Assembly (NCBI GenBank): GCA_015055665.1
Contig: SVHX01000002.1
Span: 14,326-78,325 of the forward strand
Source of the DNA: Clostridiales bacterium
Lineage (GTDB): Bacteria > Bacillota > Clostridia > Christensenellales > UBA1242
Reading direction: 5' to 3'
Length of the DNA: 64,000 bases
Shown piece by piece: positions 60,897 to 64,000 of the stretch. The translations under genes and the position numbers were made by a program. The notes under the pieces are model-generated. The model saw only the letters and a list, made by a program, of their open reading frames with translations. It had not been told where the DNA came from and ran no database searches. The number at the start of each line of letters is the position of its first letter. Within the stretch, counting starts at the first letter, position 1.

Positions 60897-62024
60897 ATGA
60901 GCAAATGTAAATGGTCTAGTAGATGCGGTGGGTGTGTAAAAATCGATCGTAATATTAACGGGGAACTTGCAGAAAAAACTGAATACATTAAGGATGTATT
61001 CTCCAATCAAAAAGATTTGGTAGATAACTGTATAGGGAGCTACTATCCATACAAATATCGCAATAAGGTGCATCTAGCTTTTGGAGAGCTTAAGGGCAAG
61101 ACAATTATTGGGTTCTTTGAAGAGGGCAGTACTCGCATAATAGATGTGGATAGCTGTATGCTATTTGGCGATTGGTTGACTACATTAATTGCTACTTTGA
61201 GAGAATATATATCAAGGTTTAAAATTCGCCCGTACGACAAGATTACCGGTATGGGAATTATTAGATATGTTCACGCAAGATGTATTGATAACAAACTGCA
61301 ACTCACATTAGTAGCAACTACCGAGAACTTTGGCGGAAGAGATTGGTTGTACAATAAGCTTAAGACTCAGTACTCTGACGTATCGCTATACATTAACATC
61401 AATCGCCGGACGGATAGGGCGGTGCTTGATCGCAAATGCAAGTATGTGGCAGGCTCTAAATATCTTAACTTTGATATGTGTGGAGTAAAGGTTTCGATCT
61501 CACCAGAATCGTTCTTGCAGGTTAATATTCCAATAGCGGAGAAGATGTACAAAGAAGCAATCGCAATGCTAGACATAAAGTCGGATACTACAGTAGTTGA
61601 TCTATATAGCGGGATTGGGATAACTAGTATAATGATGTCACGCACTGCTAGACAAGTTGTGTCGATAGAGGAAAGTGTAAGTGCCGTGAGCAATGCAAAA
61701 GCTATGGCTAGATTAAATGGTGTCCATAATATTATTCATCTAGCGGGCAAGTGCGAGGATGTTGTATCTAAAGTCGAAGTTGTTGGGGATAGAGTGGTAT
61801 TTGTCGATCCAGCGAGGGCGGGATTAGAGCCGAGTGTAATAGACACAATACTTTCGCTTAAGCCTCGAAATATAGTATACATGAGTTGCAATCCAGAAAC
61901 TTGCGTTAGAGATGTTAAGTTGTTAGAAGGCGGGGCGTACCAAGTTAGTAGCATTAAGCCATATAATATGTTTGCTTTTGCCGATCATGTTGAGATATTG
62001 TGTAAGCTTACGCGTATAGACTAA
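60897..62024 (+). CDS. rlmD: 23S rRNA (uracil-C5) methyltransferase RlmD family
   Basis: C...CGGC, YRNK, SFLQVN, DLYSGIG, VDPARAGL, YMSCNP. Confidence 0.85.
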   Translation: MSKCKWSSRCGGCVKIDRNINGELAEKTEYIKDVFSNQKDLVDNCIGSYYPYKYRNKVHLAFGELKGKTIIGFFEEGSTRIIDVDSCMLFGDWLTTLIATLREYISRFKIRPYDKITGMGIIRYVHARCIDNKLQLTLVATTENFGGRDWLYNKLKTQYSDVSLYININRRTDRAVLDRKCKYVAGSKYLNFDMCGVKVSISPESFLQVNIPIAEKMYKEAIAMLDIKSDTTVVDLYSGIGITSIMMSRTARQVVSIEESVSAVSNAKAMARLNGVHNIIHLAGKCEDVVSKVEVVGDRVVFVDPARAGLEPSVIDTILSLKPRNIVYMSCNPETCVRDVKLLEGGAYQVSSIKPYNMFAFADHVEILCKLTRID

Positions 62025-62096
62025 TAATGAGTATTGACTGCTTGAGGGATGTGTGTTAATATAATAGTAATAACTAGATAAGGTAAAGATAATAAT

Positions 62097-62279
62097 ATGA
62101 ACGAAAGAGAGCTTATGAAGTTAGCCGAAACAATGGAAGAATTCTCGGTATCTGATTATACTGTAGAGGAATTGGAGAGGCTAAGAGGTACGAACAAAGG
62201 ATATTCTGGATACAAGCAGAATTACTTTGATTATTATGATGATGTCAAGGACAAAACTCTAAGGAGGCAAGATTGGTAA
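62097..62279 (+). CDS. Small hypothetical protein
   Basis: Upstream promoter-like TTGACT...TATAAT and aagg RBS; overlaps the RBS of the next gene. Confidence 0.55.
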   Translation: MNERELMKLAETMEEFSVSDYTVEELERLRGTNKGYSGYKQNYFDYYDDVKDKTLRRQDW

Positions 62280-62281
62280 TT

Positions 62282-62737
62282 ATGGATAAAGTTGAAGTAT
62301 ACGATAGTATTAATAATGCACTTAAGGAATCTGTACCTGCGGAGATTAAGGCAAGTGAAAAAATAACCCCGAGAGCAAAATCAGCAAAAATAGTTAAGCT
62401 CATTAAAGAATACCATAAGTTTAACGCAAAGTTTGCCAAGACAAATGATGAGTCAGAGAAGAGTCTATACAATTATTATGCATCTAAGAATTGGGCTGCT
62501 GCTCGAGGAATAGCCGGTGGTCTTAGCGAGTTGGAGCAATCAATATTTATTGAGTATCTTACTAAAGATATCGAGAAGAGAGCAGGCAACCCCAATAAGT
62601 TATTAGATAACATAATGTTATATAATTCGATCTTGCGAGTGTTTCCTGAAGACTTAGCTCCAGAGATGCTAGCCAAGAAGCAAGAGCTAGAACAACTCGT
62701 TCAAGAAAAATTTGATCCAATGACTTTCGAGAAGTAG
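62282..62737 (+). CDS. Hypothetical protein
   Basis: aaggagg RBS upstream (start 62273 or 62282); directly precedes uvrC. Confidence 0.65.
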   Translation: MDKVEVYDSINNALKESVPAEIKASEKITPRAKSAKIVKLIKEYHKFNAKFAKTNDESEKSLYNYYASKNWAAARGIAGGLSELEQSIFIEYLTKDIEKRAGNPNKLLDNIMLYNSILRVFPEDLAPEMLAKKQELEQLVQEKFDPMTFEK

Positions 62738-62744
62738 GAGATAT

Positions 62745-64000
62745 ATGAGGGCGGATATACTAGCCAGAATTAAAGAAAAAGTCCATGCGTTGCCTGGTGT
62801 TCCGGGAGTATATAAGATGTTGGATGAATATGGCAACATTATATACATTGGCAAGGCGAAGAATTTGAAGAACAGAGTTTCTTCTTATTTTTTGAATACC
62901 CTTAAACTTCCTAAAGTCCAGAAGATGGTGGATAACGTATACGACTTTGAGTACATTATTACCCTTAGCGAGCTTGAGGCTCTTAATCTAGAAAGCAACT
63001 TAATACACGAGCATCAGCCTTTCTATAACATATTACTCAAGGATGGCAAGGCGTTTCCGTATATACGTATTGACCTTAATCAAGAATATCCAACTATTGA
63101 GGTTACAAGAAGGATTAAGGCAAAAGATAATGCTATGTACTTTGGTCCGTATTTTAATAAAGTAAATATAACAGATCTGATGAAGATAATTAATTCTAGC
63201 TTTAAGATAAGAGATTGCAAGATATCATTGATGCGACCTAGCAAGCGAGAGTGTTTGAATTATCATATAGGTAATTGTCTTGCTCCGTGTACACGCAAGT
63301 GTTCGGTTGAGGAATATAGGGCTGAGGTAGATAAGGTAATAGCGTTTCTTAAAGGTGATCTTAGTATTGCTCGTAAGATACTTGAAGATAAGATGAAGGT
63401 GTATGCCGAGATGGAAATGTTTGAGCGGGCAATCGAAATGAGGGATAGACTAGACCTTATTACCAACATAGATGCCCGAAATGTTACTGGGTTGAGTAGA
63501 GATATAGACATTGATGTATTTGGTTTAGTAGAGAGTGGCGAAACTTCGGTAGTAACAGTAGCATCTATTCGAGGTAGCAAAATGATTGGGGTTAATAATT
63601 ATAATGTTATTGATGCGAGTATGTCTTCCGAAGAACTTGTGACTAACTTTATTACTCAATATTATATTAGCCAGAAGATAGTGCCTAAGAATATTGTTTG
63701 TGAGTACTCAAGTGATGAGCTTATTGAGTGGCTTAAGGGGTATTCGGGGCATAACATTAATATATATTCTGGCAAGAGAGAGCCGTATAATAGGTTGCTA
63801 GATATGGCTTGTCAGAACGGGCGAGAGTTCCTTAATAAATCGCTAGAAAAAAACAAATTGTACGAATTGAAAACGATTGGTGCTATGCGTACTTTGCAAA
63901 AGACATTAGGCTTATCTAGGTTGCCAAGAAGGATAGAAGGTTACGATATTAGTAACTTAGGTGGGACTAATACTGTAGCAAGTATGGTTGTGTTTACGGG
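62745..64000 (+). CDS. uvrC: Excinuclease ABC subunit C, 3' truncated by the window
   Basis: Translated by hand: LPGVPGVYKM...IIYIGKAKNLKNRVSSYF (GIY-YIG), FERAIEMRD (UVR), RIEGYDISN; RBS aggag. Confidence 0.95.
   Translation, partial: MRADILARIKEKVHALPGVPGVYKMLDEYGNIIYIGKAKNLKNRVSSYFLNTLKLPKVQKMVDNVYDFEYIITLSELEALNLESNLIHEHQPFYNILLKDGKAFPYIRIDLNQEYPTIEVTRRIKAKDNAMYFGPYFNKVNITDLMKIINSSFKIRDCKISLMRPSKRECLNYHIGNCLAPCTRKCSVEEYRAEVDKVIAFLKGDLSIARKILEDKMKVYAEMEMFERAIEMRDRLDLITNIDARNVTGLSRDIDIDVFGLVESGETSVVTVASIRGSKMIGVNNYNVIDASMSSEELVTNFITQYYISQKIVPKNIVCEYSSDELIEWLKGYSGHNINIYSGKREPYNRLLDMACQNGREFLNKSLEKNKLYELKTIGAMRTLQKTLGLSRLPRRIEGYDISNLGGTNTVASMVVFT

Noticed and set aside
222-63580. Many short antisense or alternate-frame ORFs overlapping recognised genes in the supplied track
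   Set aside because: They are shadows of real genes with no RBS or motifs.

Overview
Chromosomal segment of a low-GC, spore-forming anaerobic Bacillota (Clostridia). The lineage is inferred from spoVG, a GerA-type germination operon and a trimeric [FeFe] hydrogenase. The + strand is G-rich and carries most genes, so it is probably the leading strand. The backbone is housekeeping: murC, rpmE-prmC-prfA-trpS, gatCAB, queH, tdk, leuS, hydCBA, rpsF-ssb-rpsR, sbcDC, a DnaD-like/DnaC-like pair, RNA methyltransferases, tRNA-Thr(CGU), rlmD and a partial uvrC. Many surface and lipoproteins (GLUG, Ig-like, InlB-B, BspA LRR) are interspersed. The most striking unexplained structure is an integrase-free tandem array of three single-gene cassettes (41726-44634) inserted in the last codons of rpsR. 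The cassettes are separated by four copies of the rpsR 3' end. Cassettes 2 and 3 share homologous flanking arms with short TGTCAT repeats and have their own promoters and terminators. Cargo is a putative ADP-ribosyltransferase-fold protein and two orphan proteins. Other leads: a second att-like repeat array at tRNA-Thr; branched hairpin elements with GAA/GTTA loops; a three-paralog orphan operon; a sigma factor with two sigma4 domains; a possible leader-peptide attenuator before a YwaF-ABC fusion; a duplicated lipoprotein cassette; an SbcC without a zinc hook; and DnaA-box clusters. All protein calls come from motif recognition by eye; no database searches were run.
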